Positions 37,256 through 50,366 are shown, numbered from the stretch's first letter. The stretch: 64,000 nt of DNA from Candidatus Eiseniibacteriota bacterium (GCA_963707915.1 OY970178.1:1056001-1120000); one strand, 5' to 3'. The notes: generated from the sequence alone by a model not told the origin. Translations and numbers: made by a program.

Positions 37256-39415
37256 CTACTTCGCCGCCGGCTTCTTGAACAGGTCGTCCGCCAGCGTGGG
37301 ATTCAGCGTCACGTTCGTGACCTTGGCATCCATCACCGGCTTGTCGTCCAGGAGCGTCTTCTCGCTGTGCGGGTACTGGATGTTGCCGACCGGCTTCCAG
37401 TCGCCGAAGACCACCGTGGTCTTCGCCGGTCCGCCGCCCATGCCCTCCCCCATGTACTCCATGCGGGCGATCGCGCCGTTGGGGGCGAAGTAGAGCAGCC
37501 AGTCCCGCGTCGTCTCGCTCTTGACCAACGCCACGCTGCAGGTCAGGCCGTCCACCGTCTTCGGCTCGTCCAGCGCCTGCACCTGGTAGGCGGCGGGCTC
37601 GGCGAACAGCCGGAAGAACGAGCGTTCGTACTGCTTCTTCAACTCCTCGCCTGCCTTGGGCTCGTCGCGCAGCTGGCCCATGCCGGCCATCCAGCCGCTG
37701 GTCCCGTCGAAGCCCTGCGAGAACTCGCCCATGGCGAGCTTGCGCGTGGCGAGGACGCGGTCGGGCAGCCGCCACTGCGTCACGCTGGTCATCGCCATGG
37801 ACTGCCCCTGCATCGTGATGACCTCATCCTGGTTGAGGCCGATGCTCTTGACCGCCGCCCAGGCCGCGCTACCGCCCGCCAGGCCGGCGGCCTTGGTGAG
37901 CAGCGACTGGCCCTTCGCCAGCGCCTCCGGACCGGCCTCGCCGACCGGCAGCGCCAGCTTCGAAGCCGGCGGCGGGATGCTGATGTCGGCGCGCTCGACC
38001 GGCAGGCCCATGCTCTCGAGCGGCTTCTCGAACTCCTTCTCCTTCCCCACCACCACGGCCACGAACTCCGCGGGGCGGATCTTGCGCTTCGCCGCCTCGA
38101 GCACGGTGGTCGCGTTCACGTCCTCGAGCGCCTTCTGGTAGCGCTCAAGGAAGTCGAGCGGGTAGCCGGTCATCTCGTAGAACGCCGAGCGGAACAGGAT
38201 CGCCGAGGGCTCGGCGAAGCTGAACACCAGGCTGTTCACCACGGACTCCTTGGCCACCTTGAGCTCGGCGTCGGTGAACGGCTCCTCGGTCACCCGGGTG
38301 GTCTCCTGCCGCAGCAGGTCGAGCGCGGTGAGGGCCGAGTCGGTGCGGGTGAGCGAGTAGGCCAGGAACACGCCGGGCCGCGCGAAATCGGCACCGGCCG
38401 CCGCGCCGGCCGAGTAGGCGAGCCCGCGCTCGGTGCGGATCTTGTTGACCAGCCGCGACTGGAAACCGCCGCCCAGGGCCATCTCGCAGACGGTCATCGA
38501 GGCGTAGTCGCGGTCGTCGGCGCGGAAGCCCAGGTGCGAGATGATGATGCCGGACTGGGTGACGTCCTCCTTCGGCGCGAACACCAGCCGGGCCTTGGCG
38601 ACGCCAGGCAACGGCGCCGGCGGCACCGGCGCGGCATCGCCCTTCTTCCAGTCGCCGAACTTCGCGGCCAGCAACTTCTTCATCTCGGCGGACTTGAAGT
38701 CGCCGTAGACCGCCACCACCATCCGGTTGGGCTGGAAGATGCGCGCGTGGAGCTTCTGGCAGTCCTCGCGCCCGATGGCCTCGACGGTGGCGTACTCCGG
38801 CTTGCGCGCGTAGGGGTTGTCCTTGCCGTAGACCGACTCGGTCGAGACGCGGATCAGGATCGGGATCATCTCGTCGTTGCGGCTGGCGATGCCCTGCCGC
38901 AGGCCGACCTTGGACAGTTCGATCTTGTCCTTGGGGAAGTCGGGCGAGCGCAGCACCTCGGCGAACAGCGAGAGGACCTCGGCGGTGTTGTCGGCCAGGC
39001 AGCGGAAGCTGCCGCTGGCCTGGTCGTTCGACACGCTGGTCGAGATCGAGGCCCCGATGGCCGCCATCCGGTCGTCGAGCCAGTCGCCGCTGTGCGCGGC
39101 GCTGCCGCCGCTGCGGATGACCTCGCCGGCCAGGTCGCCGAGCCCGGCCTTGTCCGCCGGGATCCACAGCGGGCTGGACTTGAACAGCGCCCGCGCCCGC
39201 ACGACCGGCAGGTCGTGGTTCTCGAGCAGGAAGACCACGACGCCGTTGGGCATCAGGTAGCGCTCGGGCTGGGGCGCCTGCACGCGGCGCAGCTTCTCGG
39301 TCTTGAGCTGCTTCGGGTCGAACTTGGCGTCGTCCTGCGCTCGCGCGGGGCTCACCGCGACGAGCGCGAGCAGGCCCAGAAGGGCCACGCGGAACATCGT
39401 GCGTGCGGTCGTCAT
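37256..39415 (-). CDS. M16 non-catalytic subunit with extra C-terminal domain, exported
   Basis: No HxxEH; LGGGFQSRLVNKIRTERGLAY; about 240-aa C-terminal extension (GFDGTSGW, FGDWKPVGNIQYP). Confidence 0.85.
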   Translation of the reverse strand: MTTARTMFRVALLGLLALVAVSPARAQDDAKFDPKQLKTEKLRRVQAPQPERYLMPNGVVVFLLENHDLPVVRARALFKSSPLWIPADKAGLGDLAGEVIRSGGSAAHSGDWLDDRMAAIGASISTSVSNDQASGSFRCLADNTAEVLSLFAEVLRSPDFPKDKIELSKVGLRQGIASRNDEMIPILIRVSTESVYGKDNPYARKPEYATVEAIGREDCQKLHARIFQPNRMVVAVYGDFKSAEMKKLLAAKFGDWKKGDAAPVPPAPLPGVAKARLVFAPKEDVTQSGIIISHLGFRADDRDYASMTVCEMALGGGFQSRLVNKIRTERGLAYSAGAAAGADFARPGVFLAYSLTRTDSALTALDLLRQETTRVTEEPFTDAELKVAKESVVNSLVFSFAEPSAILFRSAFYEMTGYPLDFLERYQKALEDVNATTVLEAAKRKIRPAEFVAVVVGKEKEFEKPLESMGLPVERADISIPPPASKLALPVGEAGPEALAKGQSLLTKAAGLAGGSAAWAAVKSIGLNQDEVITMQGQSMAMTSVTQWRLPDRVLATRKLAMGEFSQGFDGTSGWMAGMGQLRDEPKAGEELKKQYERSFFRLFAEPAAYQVQALDEPKTVDGLTCSVALVKSETTRDWLLYFAPNGAIARMEYMGEGMGGGPAKTTVVFGDWKPVGNIQYPHSEKTLLDDKPVMDAKVTNVTLNPTLADDLFKKPAAK

Positions 39416-39417
39416 GG

Positions 39418-41031
39418 TCAGCGCCCTCCCTCGTTCGAGGCCTGTTGCGGCGGGTTCACGATGAGTCCGACGGTCCGGTTGCCCTTCACCAGCGAGCGCT
39501 TCGCCGCCGCCAGCAGGTCGTCCACCTGGAGCGCCTGCACGCGCTCCTGCTCGCGGAAGAACTCCCGCCAGTCGCCCTGCAGGACCTGCGCGCGCGAGAG
39601 CGCGTCGGTCAGGCTCGAGTTCCCTTCGGCCCGGCCGATGTTCCGCGCCCGCACGCGGACCTTGTAGCCGTCGAGCTCGGCGGCGGTGAACGGGCTCACG
39701 GTCAGCACGCTGTCGATGACGTCGTAGACCGCCTGCTCGACCCGGAGCGGGTCCTGTCCGGTCGCGGGCACCACCAGGATGCCCAGCATGCTCGCGTACT
39801 TGTCGCCGGGAAGGCCGGCGAAGGCCTGCAGTTGCACGGCGACCTTGCGCTCCTTCACCAGCGCCTTGTTGAGCCGCGCCCAGTCACCGCCGCCCAGCAG
39901 GCTGGCGAGCGCCTCGTACGCCGGGTAGCGCGGGTCGTTCCCGGCCGGGATGTGCCAGCCGATCATGATCATGGGCTGCGCCGGGTCCTCGAAGATGACG
40001 CGGCGCTCGGCCTGCTGCTCGGGCTCCTGGGTGACCACCGGCGGCGGTGCCGGGGCGTCGGAGATCCCGCCGAAGTACTTGGCGCCGAGCGCCTGCAACT
40101 CCGGCACGGTGACGTCGCCCACCACCGCGACCGCCATGTTCTTCGCCATGTAGTGGTCGCGGAAGAACGCCTCGGCCTGCGTGCGGCTGAAGCTCTTCAG
40201 GTCCGACGGGAAGCCGATGACGCCGGTCTTGTAGGGATGCGCCACGTACGCGGTGTTGAGGAAGCCCATGAAGAGCCGCCCGATCGGCGAGGACTCCACC
40301 CCCATGCGGCGCTCCTCGTAGATGACGTCGCGCTCCTTGTAGAACTCGCGGAGCACGGGGCGCGACATCCGGCCGCCCTCCATCAGCGCCCACAGCTCGA
40401 CCCGGTTCGAGGGCAGCGAATAGAAGTAGCGCGTGACGTCGTCGCTGGTCTCCGCGTTCATGTCGGGAGCGCCCGCGCCCTCGATGATGCGCGAGAACTC
40501 GTTGGCCTCGACCAGCGCGCGTGCGGCCTCCTGCGCCTCGCCGAACGCCTTTTGCAACGCGGCCAGCCGCGTGGAGTCGGCCTTGAGACCCTTGAGGCGC
40601 TCGCCCAGCAGCGCCCGGTAGGCGGTCTCCTCGGCGTCCAGCAGCGGCTTCTCCTTCGCCCAGTCCTTGGTCCCCACCACCGCGGTGCCCTTGAAGGCCA
40701 TGTGCTCCATCATGTGGGCGATGCCGGTCTGCCCGACCTGCTCGTCCGCGCCGCCGGCGTTCACCACGGTCTGGAACGAGAAGACCGGCGCGTTGTGCCG
40801 CTCGACGACGATGAACTTGAGGCCGTTCGCCAGCGTGAACTCCTTGACCTGCTTCTCGAGGTTCTCGAGGCCGGTCTTCGCCGGGGCCGCAGGCGTCGTG
40901 GCCGGCGACTTGCCGGGCGCGGTCTTCGAGGCGGCGGCCGCGGAGCTGGCGAGCGCGGCGGCGAGCGCGAGCGTGAGCAGCCACGTGAGCGTCCGGCGTG
41001 ACGCGCGGCGCGGCAGGGTCGAGGCGGGCAT
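39418..41031 (-). CDS. M16 zinc peptidase catalytic subunit, exported
   Basis: GIAHMMEHMAFKG, NAETSDD, KERDVIYEERR, HPY; GGAGG SD. Confidence 0.9.
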   Translation of the reverse strand: MPASTLPRRASRRTLTWLLTLALAAALASSAAAASKTAPGKSPATTPAAPAKTGLENLEKQVKEFTLANGLKFIVVERHNAPVFSFQTVVNAGGADEQVGQTGIAHMMEHMAFKGTAVVGTKDWAKEKPLLDAEETAYRALLGERLKGLKADSTRLAALQKAFGEAQEAARALVEANEFSRIIEGAGAPDMNAETSDDVTRYFYSLPSNRVELWALMEGGRMSRPVLREFYKERDVIYEERRMGVESSPIGRLFMGFLNTAYVAHPYKTGVIGFPSDLKSFSRTQAEAFFRDHYMAKNMAVAVVGDVTVPELQALGAKYFGGISDAPAPPPVVTQEPEQQAERRVIFEDPAQPMIMIGWHIPAGNDPRYPAYEALASLLGGGDWARLNKALVKERKVAVQLQAFAGLPGDKYASMLGILVVPATGQDPLRVEQAVYDVIDSVLTVSPFTAAELDGYKVRVRARNIGRAEGNSSLTDALSRAQVLQGDWREFFREQERVQALQVDDLLAAAKRSLVKGNRTVGLIVNPPQQASNEGGR

Positions 41032-41291
41032 GGGGTGGGTCCCTCCAGTGGAGATCGTGGAACGGGGGTCCGGGGACTGAAGCCGCCGTACTATCGCACA
41101 GCCGGAGCGGCGGCCAAAGGGCGGCACCGGCGGCTCCCCGCCGCCGTCCGGCACTCCGTCGGCCACGGGTCGCGCGGCTCCCGGCCGCGGCCGGACCGTC
41201 GGCCGCACGGCGGCCCGCCCGGCGCCGGCGGTAGGCGTGCGAAGGGGCCGGCGCAGGATCCCGCGCCGGCCCCGGTGCCGCGACGGCCCGG

Positions 41292-42437
41292 CTACACGCT
41301 GCGCGCCAGCAGCTGCGCCTTGTCCGTCTTCTCCCAGGTGAACGACGGCTCGGAGCGGCCGAAGTGGCCGTAGGCCGCGGTCAGCCGGTAGATCGGCCGG
41401 CGCAGCTTGAGGGTCGTGATGAGGCCCATGGGCGAGAGGTCGAAGTGCTTGCGGACCAGGTCCGTGAAGCGCTTGTCGCTCACCTTCCCCGTGCCCTTGG
41501 TATCCACCATGATGCTCACCGGCTCGGCGATGCCGATGGCGTACGCGATCTGCACCTCGGCGCGGTCGCACAGGCCGCTCGCCACCAGGTTCTTGGCGAC
41601 GTAGCGCGCGCCATAGGCGGCCGAACGGTCCACCTTGCTGGGGTCCTTGCCGGAGAGCGCGCCGCCGCCGTGGCTGCCCACGCCACCGTAGGTGTCCACG
41701 ATGATCTTGCGCCCGGTGAGCCCGGTGTCGGCCATCGGGCCGCCCTTGACGAACGAGCCGGTCGGGTTGATGTAGAACTTGGGCTTGCGATCGCGCTTGA
41801 GGAGCCGCTTGGGCAGCACCGGCGTCACCACCTTCTCGATGATGTCGCGCTCGATCACCGCGTGCTTGATGCCCTCCGCGTGCTGGCTCGAGACCACCAC
41901 GGTGTCCACCCGCAGCGGCTTGCCGTCCTCGTACTCGATCGTGACCTGCGACTTCCCGTCGGGGCGCAGGTAGGGGATGGTGCCGTTGCGGCGCACCTGC
42001 GCGAGCCGCCGGGTGATGGCGTGCGCGAGCATGATGGGCAGGGGCATCAACTGCGGGGTCTCGCGGCAGGCGAAGCCGAACATCAGGCCCTGGTCGCCGG
42101 CCCCGCCCTTGTCCACGCCCATGGCGATGTCGGGCGACTGGTCGTCGATGGCCGTGATCACCGCGCAGGTGTGGCTGTCGAAGCCGAACTCGGCGCTGTC
42201 GTAGCCGATCTCGCCGATCACCCGGCGCACCAGCGAGGGGATCTCGACGTAGCCGCGGCTGGTGATCTCCCCCGCCACGAAGGCGAGCCCGGTGGTGACC
42301 AGGACCTCGCAGGCCACGCGGCTCGTCTTGTCCTGCGCGATCAGCGCGTCCAGCACCGAGTCGGAGATCTGGTCGGCGATCTTGTCGGGGTGGCCTTCGG
42401 TGACGGACTCGGAGGTGAACAGGTGACGAGCGCCCAT
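41292..42437 (-). CDS. metK: Methionine adenosyltransferase
   Basis: [40 protein letters not shown]. Confidence 0.97.
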   Translation of the reverse strand: MGARHLFTSESVTEGHPDKIADQISDSVLDALIAQDKTSRVACEVLVTTGLAFVAGEITSRGYVEIPSLVRRVIGEIGYDSAEFGFDSHTCAVITAIDDQSPDIAMGVDKGGAGDQGLMFGFACRETPQLMPLPIMLAHAITRRLAQVRRNGTIPYLRPDGKSQVTIEYEDGKPLRVDTVVVSSQHAEGIKHAVIERDIIEKVVTPVLPKRLLKRDRKPKFYINPTGSFVKGGPMADTGLTGRKIIVDTYGGVGSHGGGALSGKDPSKVDRSAAYGARYVAKNLVASGLCDRAEVQIAYAIGIAEPVSIMVDTKGTGKVSDKRFTDLVRKHFDLSPMGLITTLKLRRPIYRLTAAYGHFGRSEPSFTWEKTDKAQLLARSV

Positions 42438-42516
42438 GGGAACGTTCTCCAGAAGTGTGGATCGGGTGTGCGTGGATCGCGTGTGCCGGGGCCACCGGGC
42501 GCCCGGGGTGAGGCTG

Positions 42517-43509
42517 CTAGGTGAAGTCCACTTCGCTCGAGTCGCCGACGTTGACGCGGCGGTAGCCGCCGCGGACCACCGCGTTGACGCCTACGACCGA
42601 GCTCTCGAGCATGATGTCCTCGACCGTGGCGTTCTCGTTGATGATGGAATCGCGCACCACCGCGTGCCGCAACTGGGCCCCGGCCGCGACCGAGACATGG
42701 GGCCCGATGATGCAGTTCTCGACGACGGCGTCCTCCGCGATGCAGACCGGCGGGTGCACCAGCGAGCCGGGGATGGTGGTGGCACCGTCGCACTTCCCGA
42801 GCAGCACGCGGTTGGTCTCGAGCAGGGTCTCGGTCTTGCCGCAGTCGTACCAGCCCTCGACCGGGAAGGTGGTGATGACCTCGCCGCGCGAGACCAGCAG
42901 CTGCATGGCGTCGGTGAGCTGGAACTCGCCCTTGGTGCGCATCCCGAGGCGCTGGAGCTCGGCCAGGGCGTCGAACAGTGGCCCGCCGCGGTCGAAGTAG
43001 TAGATGCCGGTGATGGCGAGGTTCGAGGTCGGCTCTTCGGGCTTCTCGACCAGGCGCGTCACCCGGCCGGCGGGGTTGCACTCCACGATGCCGAAGCGGC
43101 GCGGGTCCTGCACCGCCTTCACGCCGATGCTGTTCACCCCGCCGGCCAGCACCGGCCGCAGGTCCACCTCGAAGATGGTGTCCCCGAGGATGATGAGCAC
43201 CCGCCCACCGGCGGCGGAGGGCGCGGCCAGCGAGACGGCGTGGCCCAGCCCCATCGGCTCGGCCTGCTCGACGTAGGTGACCTCGAGGTTCCGGTAGCGG
43301 GCGTCCACGTACTCGCGCACCAGGTCGCCCATGTAGCCGACGATCAGGACGGCGCGCCGGATGCCCAGCCCGGGCAGGTCGTCGAGGATGTGCGCGAGGA
43401 TGGGCTTGCCGGCCACGTGCAGCAGCACCTTGGGCAGCGTGTGCGTGTGCGGCCGCAGGCGCGTGCCCACGCCGGCCACCGGGATGACCGCAACGATGTC
43501 GGACGTCAC
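42517..43509 (-). CDS. Sugar-phosphate nucleotidyltransferase with hexapeptide tail
   Basis: [45 protein letters not shown]. Confidence 0.9.
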   Translation of the reverse strand: MTSDIVAVIPVAGVGTRLRPHTHTLPKVLLHVAGKPILAHILDDLPGLGIRRAVLIVGYMGDLVREYVDARYRNLEVTYVEQAEPMGLGHAVSLAAPSAAGGRVLIILGDTIFEVDLRPVLAGGVNSIGVKAVQDPRRFGIVECNPAGRVTRLVEKPEEPTSNLAITGIYYFDRGGPLFDALAELQRLGMRTKGEFQLTDAMQLLVSRGEVITTFPVEGWYDCGKTETLLETNRVLLGKCDGATTIPGSLVHPPVCIAEDAVVENCIIGPHVSVAAGAQLRHAVVRDSIINENATVEDIMLESSVVGVNAVVRGGYRRVNVGDSSEVDFT

Positions 43510-44575
43510 GCTGGAGGGCTCCCGCGGCTCGACAGCCGCCGCTTGAATTCGTCGATGCTGGGGATCGAGGTCGGATCGACCCCGCCCAGCAACGCGAGAT
43601 AGAGACTCAGGTAGTCGCCGAACTGCACCAGCGAGGCGAGCCGTGCCAGCCGTGGACCCGGCGCCGCCTCCCACTCGTGCACCGCCGCACCCTGGCGGCG
43701 CGCGTACTCGGCCGTGAGGGCGAGCCGTGCGCGGATCTCCGGCGCGTCCTCGGGATCGTTCAGCGCGACCACCGCGATACCGCGGTGCAGGGCCCCGGGG
43801 CGCTCCCAACCCACGATCTCGTTGTGGTCGAGCTCCGGCACCACCGCCGAATGGGCGAGTACCTTAGCATTTTCGTGGAGCTGCTGCCGCCAGCGCAGCG
43901 CCACCGCCTCGAGCGGGCCCGCGCCGGCGTAGACGTACACCAGCCGCCCCTCCAGCGCCCGCGCCAGCCGCTTCGCAGGGTTCCCCGCCTCGGGTGCGCC
44001 CGGCCCGAGCTGGCCGTCGCGCTCGCGCAGCGACCGCGCCGCTTCGCGCCAGGCCGGCACCGGGTCGTCGATCCAGCCGAGCGTGCGGAGCAGGCCGGTG
44101 AGCGCGACCCACGAGGCGAAGAGCGCCGCGCGGGGCGGCGAGCCCGGGGGCAGCGGCTGGGCGAACACGCCGTCGCGCGCGCACTCCGCGCCGAGCGTGC
44201 CGCCGGTGGTGAGCGCGAGCCGCGGCACCGCGCGGCGGCCGGCGTCGCGGTAGAGCGCGAGCGTCTCCTCGGTGTCGCCCGAGTACGACGAGAGCAGCGC
44301 CAGGGAGTCGCTCTTCACCCAGCCCGGCCAGCGGTAGTTGCGCACCACCTCGAGCGGGCAGGGCAACCGGTCCTCGTAGAGCCCGCGCGTCAGGTCGGCG
44401 GCGATGGCCGACCCGCCCATCCCGCCCACCGCGAGCCGCGCGGGCGGGCGCGGCGGAGCGGGCCAGGGATGCGCCGCGAGCCGCTCGAGCGCCTGTTCGA
44501 TCTGTCCGGGGATGCCGCCGATCCGCGCGGTCATGTCGCCGCGGTCCCGCTCCCCGTAGGGCGGCTCGAGCACGC

Positions 44576-44579
<4 letters not shown>
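43506..44579 (-). CDS. Bifunctional phosphoglucose/phosphomannose isomerase (SIS domains)
   Basis: GMGGSA, SYSGDTEET, QLHENAK, PELDHNEI. Confidence 0.88.
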
Positions 44580-46329
<1,750 letters not shown>

Positions 46330-46333
<4 letters not shown>

Positions 46334-46599
46334 GGCTCTCCCCCGAACTTGCCGTCCACCAGCTCCCGCAGGGCCGCCACGGTCTCGCGCTCGTCGGGAC
46401 CGTCCGCCCGGACCCGGATGGTACTGCCCTCCTCGGCGGCGAGCATCATGACGCCCATGATGCTCTTGCCGTTCACCTCGAGGTCGTCGCGGCACACGGT
46501 GATCTCCGAGGAGAAGCGGGCCGCGGCCTTCACGAACAGCGCGCAGGCCCGGGCGTGCAGCCCCAGCTGGTTGCGGATCAAGAGTTCGACCTCGGTCAC
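46330..46599 (-). CDS. ptsH: HPr phosphocarrier
   Basis: GLHARA (His15), NGKSIMG (Ser46). Confidence 0.93.
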
Positions 46600-46643
46600 G
46601 CTCGGCTCCCCCGGCCAGTCCACCACGTCGCGGTCATCACAGC

Positions 46644-47393
46644 CTACCGGAACCACGTGGCGGCCACACACAGCACGCCCGCGCCCAGCGCCCATTCGGT
46701 CGGTGACGGGCGCGGCCGCGCCGTGGCCACCAGCCCGAGCCCGAGCCCCGCCGCGAACACGACCTGGAACAGCACCGGGCGCGGTTCGCCGCCGGGCACC
46801 AGCAGCCACGCGGTCGTCACCCCGGCGAGCACCGTGCCCAGCAGCGCGAGGCCCCCGGTGAGCCGCTCGAAACGCCGTCGCTGGGCCAGGTCCAGCACCG
46901 CGATCCCGGCCCGGTATCCCCAGCCGACCCCGAGGAAGCGGACCCCGAGGTGGAACAGGTTGTAGCACACCCAGAGCACGACCGCCCCCCGCCACGAGCC
47001 GCCGAGCGCCACCAGCACCCCGAGCAGGGCGGCGAACGGCCGCAGGGTGAACCAGAAGAGCCGGTCGCCGAGCGCGGCGAGCGAGGAGCCGAGCACGCTC
47101 TTGATGCGCGCCACGGCGGCGGCGTCCGGCCCCGTCCCGGCCGCGCGGCTCTCCTCGAGCGCCGCCACGGTGCCGAGCGCGAGCGAGGCGAGCGTGGGCT
47201 GCGTGTTGAAGTAGGCGGTGTGCTCGGCCAGGCGCTCGCGGCACGCGGCCGGGTCGGGGTAGAACCGCTCGAGCGCCGGCTGGAGCGCCCACGCCCAGCC
47301 CAGGCCCTGCTGGCGCTCGTAGTTGAACGTGGCCTGCAGCAGCAGGGTGCGCGCCGCCATGCGCGCCAGGTCCCGGTTCGTCAGTCGGCCCAT
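46644..47393 (-). CDS. PTS mannose/fructose/sorbose family IID
   Basis: FNYERQQGLG, FNTQP, LAALGDRLFW. Confidence 0.9.
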   Translation of the reverse strand: MGRLTNRDLARMAARTLLLQATFNYERQQGLGWAWALQPALERFYPDPAACRERLAEHTAYFNTQPTLASLALGTVAALEESRAAGTGPDAAAVARIKSVLGSSLAALGDRLFWFTLRPFAALLGVLVALGGSWRGAVVLWVCYNLFHLGVRFLGVGWGYRAGIAVLDLAQRRRFERLTGGLALLGTVLAGVTTAWLLVPGGEPRPVLFQVVFAAGLGLGLVATARPRPSPTEWALGAGVLCVAATWFR

Positions 47394-48100
47394 CAGCGCC
47401 CCGTCACCATGAGGAGAAGCCAGGCTCCCAGCATCGCCATCGCGAACAGCGCCACCCGGATGAGCCGCCGCCGCACGAACCCCTGGAGCAGGTACGCGAG
47501 GCCGAGCCCGATCCACAGCGGCTGCGCCAGCATCCACGCGCGGGCGAGCCGCAGCGAATGGTGTTCCGCCAGCGGGCCGAGCAACCCCACCGCGAGCGCC
47601 AGGCACGCGGCGCAGTACCCTACACCGACCGCGAAGGCCAGGGCCACCCCCGCGCGCTGCGCCCCGCCGGTGGCGCCGGCGTTCCCGCGCCGCACCTCGG
47701 CCTCGCACCAGCGGCTCAGGCCCTCGTTGCGCCGCCGCTGCCACTTGATGAGCGGCACGCCGCAGGTCGCGGTGACCAGCCCGGCGAGCACGCCCACCAA
47801 CGCCGCCGCGTCGTCCAGCATGAGGAAGTTCTGCCGCGTGGCGATGGCCAGCGCCACCCCGGCGCCCACCACCCCGCCCGAGGCGTAGTCCTCGGGGGTG
47901 CGCGCGCCGATCGGCGACGTGCTGGCCGCCAGGATCTGCAGCACCACGCCCACCTCGAGCGCCACGTGCCAGTCCCCCCACACCGCGCCCAGCAGCGTCG
48001 CGGTCACCAGCGGCTGCGAGAGCAGGGTCTGGGCGACGGGCGTGGCGTCCAGTACGGCGATGCCCCCCAGCAGCAGGGTGGCCAGGACCTGGAGGTTCAC
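47393..48100 (-). CDS. PTS mannose/fructose/sorbose family IIC
   Basis: LSQPLVTATLLG, PIGARTPED; hydrophobic; lies between IIB and IID. Confidence 0.85.
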   Translation of the reverse strand: MNLQVLATLLLGGIAVLDATPVAQTLLSQPLVTATLLGAVWGDWHVALEVGVVLQILAASTSPIGARTPEDYASGGVVGAGVALAIATRQNFLMLDDAAALVGVLAGLVTATCGVPLIKWQRRRNEGLSRWCEAEVRRGNAGATGGAQRAGVALAFAVGVGYCAACLALAVGLLGPLAEHHSLRLARAWMLAQPLWIGLGLAYLLQGFVRRRLIRVALFAMAMLGAWLLLMVTGR

Positions 48101-48582
48101 GGCGCGACGGTCGGGTCCAGGACCGCCAGGCCCTGGGGCCGCGTGGCCGGCACGTCCTGGACGTCGAGCCTCACGCCGCGCCGCAGCAGCGCGCGGGCGT
48201 CGTCGCGGTCGGCCTCGTCCAGGTAGACGTACTCGGCGATCTTGCCCTTGCCCGGGGCGTAGTGGAGCCCCCCCAGCGTGAAGGCGGGCACCGCGGCCCC
48301 GGACTCGACCAGGGCGCGCGCGGTGCGCAGGTCCCGCAGGACCAGCATGGCCCCGCCCGGGGCGTCCCGCTCGGCCGCCCAGGCGGCCACCGCCTCGGCC
48401 ACCGTGAGCACCCGCACCTCGGAGTCGGGCGCGGCCGAGACCAGCAGGTCGCGCTCCCAGGGGCTGGCGGCCACCTGGTCGTCCACCACGTAGAGCCGCG
48501 CGGGACGCAGCGCCGAGCCCCAGGCCACCACCACCTGGCCGTGGATGAGCCGGTCGTCCACCCGCTGGTTCAGCCAGCTCAT
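48097..48582 (-). CDS. PTS mannose family IIB
   Basis: RVDDRLIHGQV. Confidence 0.92.
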   Translation of the reverse strand: MSWLNQRVDDRLIHGQVVVAWGSALRPARLYVVDDQVAASPWERDLLVSAAPDSEVRVLTVAEAVAAWAAERDAPGGAMLVLRDLRTARALVESGAAVPAFTLGGLHYAPGKGKIAEYVYLDEADRDDARALLRRGVRLDVQDVPATRPQGLAVLDPTVAP

Positions 48583-48974
48583 TCGGGCCGGACGCGCTGG
48601 ATGCGGACGCTGTTCTGCGCCCGGGTCAACAGGCGTTCCGCCAGCTCCGCGACGGGGTACTGCTCGCGGTTGTGCAGGTAGTCCAGCAGCCCCGGCAGGT
48701 TGATCCCGGTGACCACCACCACCTCGGCGTTCTCCCGCGCGGCCAGCATGCCGCATTGCTGGCACGAGCCGCCCGGGAAGTCGGTGAGCACCAGGCCGCC
48801 GTGGGCCCAGCCCGCGACCCGCTCCCGGATGGCGGCCTCGAGGCCGGCCCGGGAGAAGTCGGAGTTCGACAGGAAGTCCACGTCCGTGAACGGCCCGTAG
48901 ACCTGCTGGGCCGCGCGCAGCAGCGCCGCTCCCAGGTCCGCGTGCGTCACGAGCAGCGCCGGGATGCGGGTCAC
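48579..48974 (-). CDS. PTS mannose family IIA
   Basis: LVTH, TDFPGGS, VTGINLP. Confidence 0.88.
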   Translation of the reverse strand: MTRIPALLVTHADLGAALLRAAQQVYGPFTDVDFLSNSDFSRAGLEAAIRERVAGWAHGGLVLTDFPGGSCQQCGMLAARENAEVVVVTGINLPGLLDYLHNREQYPVAELAERLLTRAQNSVRIQRVRPE

Positions 48975-49942
48975 TCGGTGTCCTCGCGCACCCAGGCCCG
49001 CGCCGCGCTCTTGCGTTTCATGTGCTCGATCAGGTGCTGGTTGAGCCGGTCGGCCGGGGAGTAGCCGCCGTAGACCTTGACCAGGTAGTTGAGCGCCAGG
49101 GCCTCGGCGATCACCGTGATGTTCTTCCCCGGGACGATCGGGACCACGACGTGCGGGATGGGCACGCCCAGGATCTCGGTCTTGCGCTCGTCGATCCCGA
49201 CGCGCTCGTAGCTCTCCTCGTCCGACCACTGCTTGAGCTGGACCTCGACCTCGACCCGCTTCTGCAGGCGGATCGAGCGGATGCCGAAGATCGACTGCAC
49301 GTCGATGATGCCCAGGCCGCGGATCTCCATGTGGTGCCGCAGCAGCTGGTTCCCGCCGCCGATCAGCACGCCGCCGTGGCGCCGCGTGATGGTCACGATG
49401 TCGTCGGCCACCAGCCGGTGGCCGCGCTCCACCAGGTCGAGGGCGGTCTCCGACTTGCCGATCCCGCTCTGCCCGGTGAAGAGCAGCCCGCAGCCGTACA
49501 CGTCCACGAGCGAGGCGTGCACCGACGTCGTGGGCGCGAACATGTGGTCCAGGTAGAGCGTCAGGCTGTGGATGAACGGCGTCGTGCTCTCGGGGGTGCG
49601 CAGCAGCGGCACCCCGCACTCGTTGGCCCGCTGGATCAGGTAGTCCGGCACGTTGAGCGCCTTGCAGACCACGATCAGCGGGATCGAGAACTGGAACAGC
49701 CGGTCCACCGCTTCCCGCATCTTCGCGTCGGGGAGCGTCGCCAGGTAGGCGAACTCGGTCTGCGCCAGGATCTGGATCCGCTCCGACAGGAAGTTCTCCA
49801 CGAACCCCATGAGCGCCATGCCCGGCCGGTTCGTGTCGCTCACGGTGATCTCGCGGCGCGAGGCCAGCGACTCGGTGAGGAGCTCGAGGTGGAGCTCCTC
49901 CTTCTGGTCCTCGTACAGGCGTGCCGGGCTGATGGTTTCCAC
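48971..49942 (-). CDS. hprK: HPr(Ser) kinase/phosphorylase
   Basis: GQSGIGKSETAL, RGHRLVADD, MEIRGLGII. Confidence 0.95.
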   Translation of the reverse strand: METISPARLYEDQKEELHLELLTESLASRREITVSDTNRPGMALMGFVENFLSERIQILAQTEFAYLATLPDAKMREAVDRLFQFSIPLIVVCKALNVPDYLIQRANECGVPLLRTPESTTPFIHSLTLYLDHMFAPTTSVHASLVDVYGCGLLFTGQSGIGKSETALDLVERGHRLVADDIVTITRRHGGVLIGGGNQLLRHHMEIRGLGIIDVQSIFGIRSIRLQKRVEVEVQLKQWSDEESYERVGIDERKTEILGVPIPHVVVPIVPGKNITVIAEALALNYLVKVYGGYSPADRLNQHLIEHMKRKSAARAWVREDTE

Positions 49943-49949
49943 GGCGGAC

Positions 49950-50336
49950 CTAGTCTTCCGTTCCGGACCGGAGGTCCGGCTGCGGTTCGAGGCCGGGTTC
50001 GGCCTCCACGCCGATCGCGTTGGGCTCGGGCAGCTCGCGGACCGGCCCCTTGTGCTCGGTCCGCCGGTCCTTGAGCTTGCGGAGCTGCTGCTCCAGCCGG
50101 TGGGCGGCCTGGTCGATGGCCACCTTGCCGGTGTCCGACTCCTCGCGACTCACCAGCTCGCGGTGCTTGAGCCGCAGGGTGATCTCCGCCGCGAAGCGGA
50201 ACTTCTCGGCGGTGACGACGAGGTGGGCCTCCTGGATGTCACGGGCGAAGCGCTCGAGCTTCGCCAGGCGCACCTGGGCGAAATCACGGACCTGGGCATC
50301 GAGCTCGCAGTGACGGGCGGTCATGCTGATCTGCAT
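49950..50336 (-). CDS. hpf: Ribosome hibernation factor HPF/RaiA (short form)
   Basis: MQISMTARH...AIDQAAHRLEQQLRKLKDR; directly after rpoN. Confidence 0.88.
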   Translation of the reverse strand: MQISMTARHCELDAQVRDFAQVRLAKLERFARDIQEAHLVVTAEKFRFAAEITLRLKHRELVSREESDTGKVAIDQAAHRLEQQLRKLKDRRTEHKGPVRELPEPNAIGVEAEPGLEPQPDLRSGTED

Positions 50337-50366
50337 CGTGGAGTCCTTTCCCTTCCAGGACGAACG

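Noticed and set aside
37080..37493. Plus-strand 137-aa ORF with an SD-like sequence
   Set aside because: Runs through the terminator and antisense into the M16 gene; no protein-like features.
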